DNA of 62,177 nucleotides, filler included, from Globobulimina sp. (lineage: Eukaryota): the NCBI GenBank assembly GCA_003354225.1. It is 33 parts of 33 records of this genome, joined end to end, with 100 filler letters (N's around TTAATTAATTAA, not from the genome) between each part and the next. Parts side by side here need not be neighbours in the genome. Positions count along the whole stretch, not along the records: positions 24,546 to 26,332 come from PIVH01011945.1; positions 26,433 to 28,219 come from PIVH01011946.1; positions 28,320 to 30,106 come from PIVH01011947.1; positions 30,207 to 31,993 come from PIVH01011948.1; positions 32,094 to 33,880 come from PIVH01011949.1; positions 33,981 to 35,767 come from PIVH01011950.1; 27 more parts are not named here. One strand, written 5' to 3'. Shown one piece after another: positions 24,880 to 35,867 of the stretch. Made by a program: the position numbers and the translations under genes. Every line of letters begins with the position of its first letter. Position 1 is the stretch's first letter. The notes below the pieces were generated by a model. That model was not told the DNA's origin. It worked only from the letters and a program-made list of their open reading frames with translations, and searched no databases.

Positions 24880-25140
24880 CCGAAGACTTGACGTCGACAC
24901 CACATTTGGTTGAATGGATTATCTGTATTGCGATTGGAGACATGAATATGAGTTAAAATCAAAAAAACAATATATAATAAAGTGCGAAATACATCATTTA
25001 ATAAATGATTGTTAGATTTCCATTTCTGTATTTTGATACTGATCCGGCATATGTTAAAATCTCAAATTTAATGCCACCGCCACGATATGTTACTATCTGG
25101 CCTTTGCTCTCCGGATGTAATCTCCTGGCTCTTCTCATAA
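24880..25140 (+). pseudogene. Possible decayed cyclin-box remnant
   Basis: Frameshifted fragments HLVEWII and HEYELKSKKTIY...LLDF resemble the cyclin N-box (LVDWL...EFEL..ETLY....LLDRF). Confidence 0.25.
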
Positions 25141-25197
25141 ATTAAACTGTAAATTAAAAAAGTTTTTTTTTTATTATATCCAAACACATTAACAACA

Positions 25198-26202
25198 ATG
25201 GCGGCTGCAGAAATAAGTGAGTTTGCGCAAGTAGGTCGTGCCTATTTCGTATGGCGTGTTATATTCGGTATTATCCATGTCGCCATCGGTAGTGTCTTAT
25301 TATCAGTGTTGCATTCAGTGTACAAATCCAACAAAGGATCAGCGACCGTTGGATCCAAATATTTTTTATACACCGCCATATCCATATTTTTTTCCTTATT
25401 AACTGGTGTAATTGGTTTATTTTTTGATAATAATTTCATAGTTAATTGGGATTATGCAGCGGCTGGACGTGCGGTAACCGCTGGCGATGGCTATGTAGCC
25501 GCCTTTTGGAGTATTTCCAAATTCACATTTTATGTAACATTTTTTTACCATATCAAACATTTGGCGAATAAGGTAAATGAAAGTGCCTCAAATAACGTAG
25601 TAAGCGGTGTGAATATGGGATTGTTGAATGGCGTGACGGTGTTGGCGAGTATTATGACAGTATGCGGCAGTTTGATGTTCACGATCGGCGACATAATTAT
25701 TTATAACCCAACCGATGAGTTATTGTTTGTGGCGGGATTTGGTGACAATTTGCAAATGGTATCGTATGTGGATGACACCTCAAATATTGACAATGTGATA
25801 CGAAAGGTAGGCGGTGGGATTTGTGGCGTTGCCGATGTGGTTTATTTTTTATTTTTGATGCAAAGCTATTTTAAATTGTCGCGAACTACGTTGTCGTTGG
25901 AGATTCGAAATGAAGTGATTCGTGGAAACGTATTATTATTTTGCGGCAGTTTGACGACATGGCTTTTCTTTTTTAGTTTGGTGAATAATTTTCGAGCATA
26001 TTTTGTGTTGTTATGGCTCGATATGGCGTTTGATGACTGCTGTGCTGTTTTGTTGTTGCCTTTCAGTAAAAGCGGCTATGCCGTATTATGTGCATTATGT
26101 GGTGCTTGCTGCGGCAGTTTGTATCCCGATAAAACACAGTATGAACAAGTTGGAGCTCAAGCAGATCAAACTGTAAATGAGGAACAAGACGCAATGCTAT
26201 AA
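25198..26202 (+). CDS. Intronless ~7-TM (GPCR-like topology) membrane protein
   Basis: About seven hydrophobic helices and a Cys-rich C-terminal tail (CALCGACCG). Confidence 0.65.
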   Translation: MAAAEISEFAQVGRAYFVWRVIFGIIHVAIGSVLLSVLHSVYKSNKGSATVGSKYFLYTAISIFFSLLTGVIGLFFDNNFIVNWDYAAAGRAVTAGDGYVAAFWSISKFTFYVTFFYHIKHLANKVNESASNNVVSGVNMGLLNGVTVLASIMTVCGSLMFTIGDIIIYNPTDELLFVAGFGDNLQMVSYVDDTSNIDNVIRKVGGGICGVADVVYFLFLMQSYFKLSRTTLSLEIRNEVIRGNVLLFCGSLTTWLFFFSLVNNFRAYFVLLWLDMAFDDCCAVLLLPFSKSGYAVLCALCGACCGSLYPDKTQYEQVGAQADQTVNEEQDAML

Positions 26203-26598
26203 TTAAAAAACTTTATTGTATATTTATGATATGAGTGATATGTGTGATATGTACAATGCTTCAGTTGAATTGTCTAACAATTTTTAGTTAATTGAATATC
26301 CTCGCACTGCTTGGACGATGGTTCACCAATCTNNNNNNNNNNNNNNNNNNNNNNNNNNNNNNNNNNNNNNNNNNNNTTAATTAATTAANNNNNNNNNNNN
26401 NNNNNNNNNNNNNNNNNNNNNNNNNNNNNNNNCTTTTATCCTCCAAATCCATCGGCCTTTCCAGTTAAACCCTTGTCCGTTTTTTGAAACACTCAACAAC
26501 GAAAAACAAAAGGAAGTATTGGTGCTATGACCAAAATTATTGATGAAACCCAATCTTATTTTATCTTAAGAAACTGTATATCATATTGTTTTAATGGA

Positions 26599-27966
26599 TT
26601 ATGTTTTTATGAAAAGCTTTATATCTGGTAAAATAATATTTCTTTCACTACAAACATTAAACAACAAAACAATATCATGAATGGACAGGAATCTTAACGA
26701 TGAGCTAAAATTAATGATCAATGTGACATTCTTCATCTTCATACTGTTATTTTCATTGTCGCCGTTATCGTTTTTCAAGCTCATTATGCTTAATGTTGCG
26801 ATAAAATGCGAGATAGTAATTGCTGAAAAATCAAATTCCATCTTACCTTTGTACCCAATACACTTCGTTGCAATGGGCACATTATACTCGATACAATAAT
26901 CAATGAATATTTCTATTCCATCCCCATCCTTCGATACAGATACACTTTGATACACTTTATCGTTTTGAATGGAATTGGCGTCATTTTGGATGATTTTTAA
27001 TTGTTCGACAAACGGGACCCAGCCCACGCGCCCAACGATGCAATTCAGTGCATACTGCAACAAATGTTCGTGGACAGCATTCGATTCCCAATACAGTCGA
27101 ATCAACTGTCCAATGGAATTCACAATAGCGGCGATAATAGAAATCAGCAAGTCCTGCTGAGTGATTTTCGATGTTTCCCGACCTTCCATAACCTTGAAAA
27201 ATAGCAAAGCTTGCAACGTACATTGAGGCAACGTCTCTGTTGTGTTTGTTTGTGTTAATAAATGAAATAGAAAATAGAATGATAGTCGTACCGTACCGAA
27301 AAATAATTGTCCCACAGTTTTTTGCCTCTTAAATCCCTCATAATTCATCCGGTTCATTCCCAATTGTTCTGCTAATATTTCCTCAGATTCTTTCAAGTCT
27401 TCGTGTGTTTTTTGCAGTATCGTATAGGCAAAACAACGGTAAATACAAAAGGTGGCGTCGATTAAATCTAATAAAATAAAGTATAAAATGCCGGTTGGTA
27501 AAATATAAAAAATCATTAACCAGGTTTCAAATCCGCGAAATGAATCAAATGTACGCCGGAATAAAAATAATTTGACCCCGGATGAGTAGGATATGATATA
27601 TGGAGCCAAGATGCTCAAAAATAAAACTACTGTTAATTCAATATACGAATATTTGACTGCTTTTTGTAATAAAATTAAATCTGTGATCAGATCGATTAAG
27701 GATAAACTCTTTGAAAATATAAAATAAGTGTATAATACTATATATTTGCAATATTTCCATATTCGTTTTTTCGCAGACATTTTTTTATGAATATCAGAAA
27801 TTTCTAATGCTTCAAAAGCGTCCATCTCATCAAAAAGATCCATTTCTTTCTCTTCCAACTCATCATTGGAATCGACTGAAATCGCTGCGAGAGTAGCTAT
27901 GTTTGGCTGTGTTGACGTTTTAGAGCCGGCTGTGACTGCAAGCTCTGTAGTTAATGCTTCTGCCAT
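26599..27966 (-). CDS. XK-like multi-TM protein, in-frame intron 27237-27296
   Basis: SLIDLITDL, LAPYIISYS and, after splicing, QLFFETLPQ. The ATG of MAEALTT is at 27966. Confidence 0.7.
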   Translation of the reverse strand: MAEALTTELAVTAGSKTSTQPNIATLAAISVDSNDELEEKEMDLFDEMDAFEALEISDIHKKMSAKKRIWKYCKYIVLYTYFIFSKSLSLIDLITDLILLQKAVKYSYIELTVVLFLSILAPYIISYSSGVKLFLFRRTFDSFRGFETWLMIFYILPTGILYFILLDLIDATFCIYRCFAYTILQKTHEDLKESEEILAEQLGMNRMNYEGFKRQKTVGQLFFGTVRLSFYFLFHLLTQTNTTETLPQCTLQALLFFKVMEGRETSKITQQDLLISIIAAIVNSIGQLIRLYWESNAVHEHLLQYALNCIVGRVGWVPFVEQLKIIQNDANSIQNDKVYQSVSVSKDGDGIEIFIDYCIEYNVPIATKCIGYKGKMEFDFSAITISHFIATLSIMSLKNDNGDNENNSMKMKNVTLIINFSSSLRFLSIHDIVLLFNVCSERNIILPDIKLFIKT

Positions 27967-28026
27967 GGTATCTGAACTGAGGTTGGTGTATTTATATAAA
28001 ATCGAAGCAGTCAAAACTGTTTCAAC

Positions 28027-28219
28027 ATGGCAGATGAGTACTTATTTTATGAAGAAGATTATGATGACATCTCAGATTGGGATGAAGAATCAGATCATGA
28101 AAACAACAATAATACCAACAACGTTACCAAACCTATTCAACCATCACCAGCCACGCCCACCAAACCCTTAACAAACCAACAAGAACCAGAAGAAAAAAAA
28201 ACACCGCCACACTCACATA
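28027..28219 (+). CDS. Protein with an acidic N-terminus, 3'-partial
   Basis: MADEYLFYEEDYDDISDWDEESD..., open to the contig end. Confidence 0.55.
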
Positions 28220-28319
28220 NNNNNNNNNNNNNNNNNNNNNNNNNNNNNNNNNNNNNNNNNNNNTTAATTAATTAANNNNNNNNNNNNNNNNNNNNNNNNN
28301 NNNNNNNNNNNNNNNNNNN

Positions 28320-28438
28320 AAGTCAATAAAAGAAGTCAATAAAAGATCTTGTTTTTTTATGATGGATCCGCAGTCAATAAAAGAACTTGTAACACATTTT
28401 TCTAGCTCGACCTGCTTTTTTATATTACTGTGTTTTTG
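28320..28438 (+). repeat. 119-bp terminal direct repeat, copy 1 (contig circularisation overlap)
   Basis: Identical to 29988-30106. Confidence 0.95.
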
Positions 28439-28797
28439 TTTGTTTCGATCCTCTTTTTCATGATCGGTTTTATTTTTAATTCATGTGGTTTGCTTTCAGA
28501 TTTTTTAAATTCAGAAACTCAAATGACATACACCAACACAAATGTTGACCTAATAAAGGTGACATAAACATGATGAAGACTTCACCATCGAGCACCAAAT
28601 AATCGAAACTTTGCTTCGATCCATTGTATTGTACGTACAATCCATTCGTTTTTATTTCCGACTTCTGGCAAATGTTTCAATGATTAGAGTGCAAGGATAA
28701 GCAGATCACAGATTGTTCGTGATGAAAAATGATGCAAATTATATTGATCGTAATATAATGATTGCCTTTTAATAACAATACCAGCATCAAATTTTGA

Positions 28798-29631
28798 TTA
28801 TATCCATCCATTTTTCTTTCTGTAATTATAATCTTGCTGTTCTCTCTGTATTTGCTGTTGTCTCTGTCGTTCTCTCTGTATAGCATCATTTGTCCTTTTA
28901 TCAATTTCGTTACATTCATCTCTAAACGTTTTCCCTCCATAATGCGAATCCGACGATTTTCCGCTGTATCTAGACCGTGGCCGTGGTCCTCCACTATTAT
29001 GATATTCCGCATAATATGCAAGTGTTGCAATGAATAAAATGATGCCACCAACAATACCATACCACTCCAATTGATATTTCCACCAAATCCATGTTTCTTC
29101 AGCAATCTTATCAATTCTTTGTGATTTTTTGATAAACTCTGGGATCAAAACATCCATTTTTCGCTGGGATTCAACACATTCGTTATGTGCATTCTTTGTA
29201 AAATATTGTTGAAGCGTTTCTTCATTGAATGTGTTTATATTTATGGTTTCAATACTGTACGTATTGACTCCTTGACCGATACAAAAATGTGGTAATGACT
29301 CGTTGCTCTCGATGTGATATTTTCCAGTGTCCGCCAAAGCTTTTGATCGTCCCACTTTGTCGCTGGAATGTGATATTTTGAAGGTCGATGGAATGCATGT
29401 TTTAGAACTGAGATCATATCCACACGATGACCCTTGTGCATATTTTATCTGTCCACTCAATTCATGTGTTGTTGGCCAATAGATCGTTTCTTCATGTTCC
29501 AACATGCTGAGACATTCGCTACAATTAATATTAACCATCATTGAACAATTATTGTGACTTTTCCTTATTACTCTTCCGCGGCCTGATATTTGAGACATAT
29601 TCAGTAGAAACAGCAATAAATACGTGATCAT
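28798..29631 (-). CDS. Intronless type I membrane protein with a Cys-rich (PSI-like) ectodomain
   Basis: Signal peptide MITYLLLFLL, NCSECL...CGYDLSSKTC, TM WYGIVGGIILFIATLAYY and an R/Q-rich cytosolic tail. Confidence 0.7.
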   Translation of the reverse strand: MITYLLLFLLNMSQISGRGRVIRKSHNNCSMMVNINCSECLSMLEHEETIYWPTTHELSGQIKYAQGSSCGYDLSSKTCIPSTFKISHSSDKVGRSKALADTGKYHIESNESLPHFCIGQGVNTYSIETININTFNEETLQQYFTKNAHNECVESQRKMDVLIPEFIKKSQRIDKIAEETWIWWKYQLEWYGIVGGIILFIATLAYYAEYHNSGGPRPRSRYSGKSSDSHYGGKTFRDECNEIDKRTNDAIQRERQRQQQIQREQQDYNYRKKNGWI

Positions 29632-29987
29632 AATGAATCCCTGCTCCACGCTGTGATGATATTTGAGTATTAATTAAACACAAAGAATGTTTAATCTTTG
29701 AGTAAAAAAAAACTTCGGAGTATAATGGCTGATTGCTGAAAGTTTCTACTACCCATGTCGCAACACCTCCCTAAATGTCATTCATTTATTCCGAAAAATA
29801 CAACACTGACTGACAATAATTCAAAATGTACGTGAGTAACTATGACACTGAAATTATAACTGTTTTGTTACATAAAGATTATGAAAGTGAACTGGAATTG
29901 CAACAGATTGAGAAAACTATTAACCATTCAAACATCCAGTCTTCATCACCTGACGGTTCACCATAAATGAAGAAAAAATATAAGTCA

Positions 29988-30106
29988 AAGTCAATAAAAG
30001 AAGTCAATAAAAGATCTTGTTTTTTTATGATGGATCCGCAGTCAATAAAAGAACTTGTAACACATTTTTCTAGCTCGACCTGCTTTTTTATATTACTGTG
30101 TTTTTG
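29988..30106 (+). repeat. 119-bp terminal direct repeat, copy 2
   Basis: Identical to 28320-28438. Implied unit length is 1,668 bp. Confidence 0.95.
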
Positions 30107-30389
30107 NNNNNNNNNNNNNNNNNNNNNNNNNNNNNNNNNNNNNNNNNNNNTTAATTAATTAANNNNNNNNNNNNNNNNNNNNNNNNNNNNNNNNNNNNNN
30201 NNNNNNTTGCATAAAAACTGTACACAAATTTGTACAGACATCAAAAAACTTTATGAGAAACACAATCGCATAAAATTCAAACACACAAAATTCGCAAAAC
30301 ATGATAGTTTTAACAACGTTATTCATACAAACATTGGCATGAACCAAAAATTAAAAATATTATAGCGGAGTTACAGTTTAAATAAAAGC

Positions 30390-31993
30390 ATGGCAGTTTC
30401 AACAGGCGGGATTGTAACTATTGTGTATGGATCAACTCAGTTGCTATTATTATTAGTATTAACAATCAAAATATATTACCTGTCCAGGAAACGCAATGAT
30501 AATGCATCATGCAGAAAATTAATGTGGTCGTTATGGAAGGAGAGAGGAGTTTATTCGCCTGCTGTCCTTCATATTTATGATACAGCAACGGGTATTTTTA
30601 CAAACTCGCATATTATATATAATATTATACTATTAAATATAATATAAATGTATATAGACATTGGTGTATTGTATGAATGGTATAAGTTGGCAGAATATGA
30701 AAGGAATGGTGGAAACCTCGAGTCATTAGATATGGAGCAATTCTTTTGGATTGCAATTGGTTTTATGATTGCTTACAGAGCGGTTTCTGCATTGTTTGGA
30801 ATGTTCTTTGGTTTTGTCCATGCCGCCGATAAATCCTGTCTCAGAATGTTAGTTGAAATGATTGGTGGTTTCATAGCTGGATTATTAGAATTAAACGTAT
30901 TTATTTCAATATATATCGACCGAACAGCTTTAGACGATCCCCCTGAAGGAGCTGGTGAAGCGCAGAAATTAGTACAATTAATGGAAGGTATATTGGAATC
31001 ATTACCAGAGGTTTGTTTTTGTTGTATTATGTTTGTGACAGTATTGCTGGAATTTGAACATAGGTAATTATGCAATCTGTATTTTTAATGCGAGCTGTAA
31101 ATGATGAGAGATTGGATAAAGCCGCAGGTGATATTTATTGGTTAGTTATTTTTTCAATATTTGCTTCTTTGTTATCCATCACAAATAAATATGTTTGGAT
31201 GGATGAATTTATGATGACTCCAAATGCAAAATCTATTGTGGTCAAAGAAAGTGATATTACCAAAAGAGTTGAATGTAAATGCGGTCTCAAAAGGAATTCG
31301 AACACATTTGATTTATATACGTTAAAAGATGGTGATACATCTAAGTTTTGTGCAATATGTGATCTCAATAAAGAGAGAGTCTATGTATGTCCAAAAGGAA
31401 ATTTTGATACCAAAAAAGATAATGATTTTTCTGAGCATCCAATTGTTTGTATTGGCTGCCATGAAGATATAATAGTTAATGGTGATAGTTTTGTGGTAGA
31501 ATCTCGTTGTTATCCATCTGTTTATATTAGTATTGGATTTTTGATGCGATTATTATGGCGATTGGCAGCCGTAACTGCACGGTTTGTGATCTTTGCGTTA
31601 GTTTGGGTCGTTATTGGTGGCGCCTTTGTTATTGTTATTTTTCCATCAATGATTATTGTGTGGTATATTTTGGTGATCATAGTTGCTTCTTTTACGCATG
31701 GCAATGTCCAAAAAATCCGACAGAAATGCAATTGTAATGTGTATTGTTGTTATAGTCTCATTGGATGCTGCAAGAAATTTGCAAAGGCAGTTTTAATGTA
31801 TGTTTGATACACAAACAGTAATATTTGTACATTGTTTTTGTTATAAATCAAGATTATTGGGGTTGGTTTTGGCTGGCATTGTCTTTCAACTCGGTATCTT
31901 AATATTGAGTGGACGGATTTTATATATTGTTCGAATGATCGAGAATGTGATATTAATGACAGTTATATCAGTTTTTGCATTTGCATCGTTTGA
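30390..31993 (+). CDS. XK-like multi-TM protein with an inserted Cys-rich (zinc-finger-like) loop; multi-exon, 3'-partial
   Basis: Spliced HIYDTATDIGVL and MEGILESLPE motifs. CKC...CAIC...YVC...CIGC loop. Three GT-AG introns. Confidence 0.7.
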
Positions 31994-32093
31994 NNNNNNN
32001 NNNNNNNNNNNNNNNNNNNNNNNNNNNNNNNNNNNNNTTAATTAATTAANNNNNNNNNNNNNNNNNNNNNNNNNNNNNNNNNNNNNNNNNNNN

Positions 32094-32943
32094 AAAGCAA
32101 TTCAAAGTTGTAAAGCAATTCAAAGTTGGGCCAGGGCGCTTTTGGAATGGTAAATATTTGTTTCGTTCTCGCCTTGCAAATGTTCTTCTCCTGTACTGTG
32201 GGTCCCTTCAAGTAAAGTAAAGCAATTCAAAGTTGGGCCAGGGCGCTTTTGGAATGGTAAATATTTGTTTCGTTCTCGCTTTGCAAATGTACTTCTCCTG
32301 TGCTGTGGGTCCCTTCCAGTGTGGTTGAACTAGTTGGATGAGATGTTCGATCAGTCATGGAGAAGGTAAAGCTCCCTGCTAGAAAAGTTATGAGTATATC
32401 TCAGGGTTTTCTGAAAAGTAAAGTGACTATATCTATGAGAATAGAATATGAAAATTAAAACATTTGTTTGCAGCGCTGAAATTATATCAAATCAAGTTGT
32501 TTGGTCCATTTATATATTAAACCTGAGAACATGACCTTTACAGATCCAAGTGAAACTAATGTTAAAGGTATACAATTTTGATAACTATTGTTAGTAAAAG
32601 AATTTGCTAATAACGCACACGAGAGTAATCAATTTAATTATTTGTTCTAGTACTGTAAAAGTGACAGCAATTGTTTATAGTCATGTACGAATAATTGCTT
32701 TCACCTACATCTGATTTATGGTCGCTTGGTATAACAATAAATGAAATGGCACTTACTTTTCACCCATACAGTCTCCGTCCTGAAATTCCATCATGCCCCT
32801 TTGACTTGCAAATAATGCACTGTTACTCGGAATATATTGGAATTTGCCCTAAAGAACAGTTATCGGCTCTCAGATTATTTGATGATATTGATTATCTTGA
32901 CAATGATGTTATTGGTACTGGAATACTGAGAACACTTGACTGA
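32094..32943 (+). pseudogene. Degraded, intron-rich Ser/Thr kinase
   Basis: Scattered motifs KLGQGAFGM, YIKPEN (where HRDxKPEN is expected) and SDLWSLGITINEM. No clean spliced frame found. Confidence 0.55.
32110..32320 (+). repeat. 107-bp tandem duplication covering the kinase Gly-loop exon and its intron
   Basis: Copies start at 32110 and 32217 and differ by about four substitutions. Confidence 0.9.
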
Positions 32944-34126
32944 TCGTCTTTCAGTTAACTTCTCGACAAACTCATCACACTGGACATTTAGCTTGTATAC
33001 CATTCGAACGTCTGATACCTAAAAATGGCTTGATCTTGCTCAGACTGAAAAATTGAAACCTATTTGTGCGTTCTATTCATGTGTTGTTGTTTTACTTTAT
33101 TCGTACATAAATAGAGATGTTACAGAATAAATGCATGCATAAGCTAAATTCACATGTTTACATAAGGTAAATGCACACGGTTAACGTAAGGTAAATAATT
33201 GCACACATAAAAATTCGCGCCAAAAAAGGTTAACATATGGTAATCGAAAATCATGTGCTTAACATATGAAGCTATGGTTTAAATAAGATAAATGCGCAGT
33301 AGCGTTCACAACAACATATCGATCTGTGCGTATCGTTCCAATAGTTGCTACGACCATATTCCAAGAGGGTGCGAAATTTGACACACAAATAGAAATCGTC
33401 AGAAACGTGACTTTTGTTCAAAAACCGTCCCCTGATCGATATATAGTAGCGAAGGTTATGCAGTACAACCAATCAGCACTAAAATAAATCAAATTTTGTT
33501 GACTTTGACTACAACCTGCTGTCCCTTCATCACCATCGAACCCTATTTATTCGGGTGCGGTCATTCTAGCCCGTTTTTTGGCCATAATCTGTTTTTTCTT
33601 TTCCATGACGATACTTCCGTTTCCCATCAAATTCCTATTAAGGTGGTCAAATGTCGAGGGGAAAGGATACAATTGAAGACCGATTCTCGAAGTTATCCAA
33701 CGGTTACAAGGGCAAATTCCTGGCAAACTGAAAAGAATTGCATAAAAGGGCTCCTCAAATGTTTAAAGGGCGATCCGTAAAATAGGCACTCGTACAGAGA
33801 AAGTCCCTAAAAGGGGCGACATACTTTTTGGGTCGTCCATAAGATTGGCTACTGCCGCTGTGATGTCCATAGATCGACTGNNNNNNNNNNNNNNNNNNNN
33901 NNNNNNNNNNNNNNNNNNNNNNNNTTAATTAATTAANNNNNNNNNNNNNNNNNNNNNNNNNNNNNNNNNNNNNNNNNNNNTTTTATTTGCAATATTGCGT
34001 TCAATATTTCGAACATATCCATCGACCAAGAGTTTCTGTGTTTCAATTACTGCATTATGCATATTAAACCAAGTTTAGCATCGAAAAACTTTATTTCATC
34101 GAAAACTTTAGCAATTTTCATCAAAT

Positions 34127-34906
34127 ATGACCATGTCACGGATTAAATTGGCAATGATCCTCATATTGTTCATAACAAATACATCTGGTTATCCAGGTGA
34201 GGTTGTATGGAGTTGTACATTTGAGAAAGAACAAATTCATTTGACATTTGATGATGGACCTTTTGTGCAAGAAACACCGATTGTATTGGATGTATTGAAA
34301 CAGTTCAATATTTCAGCGACATTCTTTCTCGTTACTAATAAAATCACAACAGAAACAGTTCCAATTATTCAACGGATGATAAATGAGGGTCATACAATTG
34401 GATCCCACACATATTCTCATCAAAGAATGACGAAAATGGAAGATATCAATGACTTAAAATATGAAATTGATAAAGCAACGCAAGATTTACAAAGCGTTCT
34501 TGGATACAAACCATATTTATTCAGACCACCAATGGGAGATATTGATAATCGGGGACTTAAACACTTAAAATCCGAGGGATATACAGTAATTATGTGGAAT
34601 ATGGGTAATATGGATTGGTATTATAAAGATGGTGATACATCCAATGAAGCCATGATGAAAGCGAGATTATGTGTTGGTGGTATATTAACAATGCATGATT
34701 ATGCACAATATATGGATAATGGTGCTCCATTACGCCATTTAATTCAATTGTTAACCAATGATACCAATTATTCCCCTCCTTTCACAGTCACCAAAGAACC
34801 AAATTTTCAGATTGTATCATTGGGTGAATGTGTTGGAAGAAATCATATCAACGAAGTTCCAGTTGATATGTTGCTAACTGACTTAAATATACATGAAAAA
34901 CTTTAA
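34127..34906 (+). CDS. Secreted CE4 polysaccharide/chitin deacetylase (NodB domain)
   Basis: Signal peptide, TFDDGP, HTIGSHTYSH, FRPPMG, DW and LTMHD motifs. Confidence 0.93.
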   Translation: MTMSRIKLAMILILFITNTSGYPGEVVWSCTFEKEQIHLTFDDGPFVQETPIVLDVLKQFNISATFFLVTNKITTETVPIIQRMINEGHTIGSHTYSHQRMTKMEDINDLKYEIDKATQDLQSVLGYKPYLFRPPMGDIDNRGLKHLKSEGYTVIMWNMGNMDWYYKDGDTSNEAMMKARLCVGGILTMHDYAQYMDNGAPLRHLIQLLTNDTNYSPPFTVTKEPNFQIVSLGECVGRNHINEVPVDMLLTDLNIHEKL

Positions 34907-34919
34907 TATACATGAAATG

Positions 34920-35740
34920 TCACAGTTTACTTTTTACAATTTTTAATATCTGATTTGGAGCAGATTGTTGATCCAGCCATAATATTGTATTGCTGTGTTG
35001 TCTTAAAATTGATGCAGGACATTTTGTTGATATTTCACCATACAACGTTGCGAAAACAGCATTTGCTTTTCGTTTTTCCGGAACAAGACATGAGATACAT
35101 TTGCAACGCATTATTGCAGGAATTGTCAATGTCGCAGCATGTGTTGGTACATCCTGCAATGAAGGAAACCAACCTTCACCAACTTGTTGTCTCCTACATC
35201 TTTCATCCAATTTCACGATTTTTATTTGTTTTTGATCATCAAAATCTGCGACTGGAGGATCGTTAAATGCCATGTGACTGAATGTGAATGTGGCAAAATG
35301 TTTGTTGAGCAATATCTTAATTATATTAATTTAACATACCCATTTTCACCAATTCCAATGCATGCCAAATCAATCTCATTTTGCAATAACAATTGTGAAT
35401 ATTTGATTATATTTGATTTATTGTTTGGATTTATAAGATGAACTTTATTGAATTTTGGCACTACTTTATTGAATAATCGTTGCTTTAAATAGAATCGAAA
35501 TGAAGCCGGATGTTTATCATTTATCCCAACATATTCATCCAAATGGAAAGCTTCTACTTTATGCCACGGTATATTTGGTTTTGCAACTAACGAAGATAGA
35601 AATGAAAATTGAGAAGCTCCCGTTGCAAAGATAACACGCGCATATCCTTGTTGTCTCACAATATCTTTAATTTTTTCACCCACTCGTTCTGCTGCAGCTG
35701 CACCCATAATATCTTTTGTCTTAAATACACGAATCTCCAT
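34920..35740 (-). CDS. nagB: Glucosamine-6-phosphate deaminase (252 aa; exons 35740-35340 and 35277-34920), C-terminal SKL
   Basis: FATGASQ, FHLDEYVG, HPASFR, GIGENGHMAFNDPP (across a 62-nt GT-AG intron) and CPASILRQH. Confidence 0.93.
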
Positions 35741-35867
35741 TCTCAAATAAAAAACATTTTCAACACCNNNNNNNNNNNNNNNNNNNNNNNNNNNNNNNNN
35801 NNNNNNNNNNNTTAATTAATTAANNNNNNNNNNNNNNNNNNNNNNNNNNNNNNNNNNNNNNNNNNNN

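Noticed and set aside
28420-28428. TTATATTAC as a CRESS-virus nonanucleotide origin
   Set aside because: It deviates from NANTATTAC, has no flanking stem, and the circle has no Rep or capsid ORF.
5666-35740. Alternative genetic code or stop readthrough to explain broken ORFs
   Set aside because: Where checked (Rab21, nagB, the XK-like genes), the breaks are resolved by short GT-AG introns, and TAA, TAG and TGA all appear as ordinary stops.
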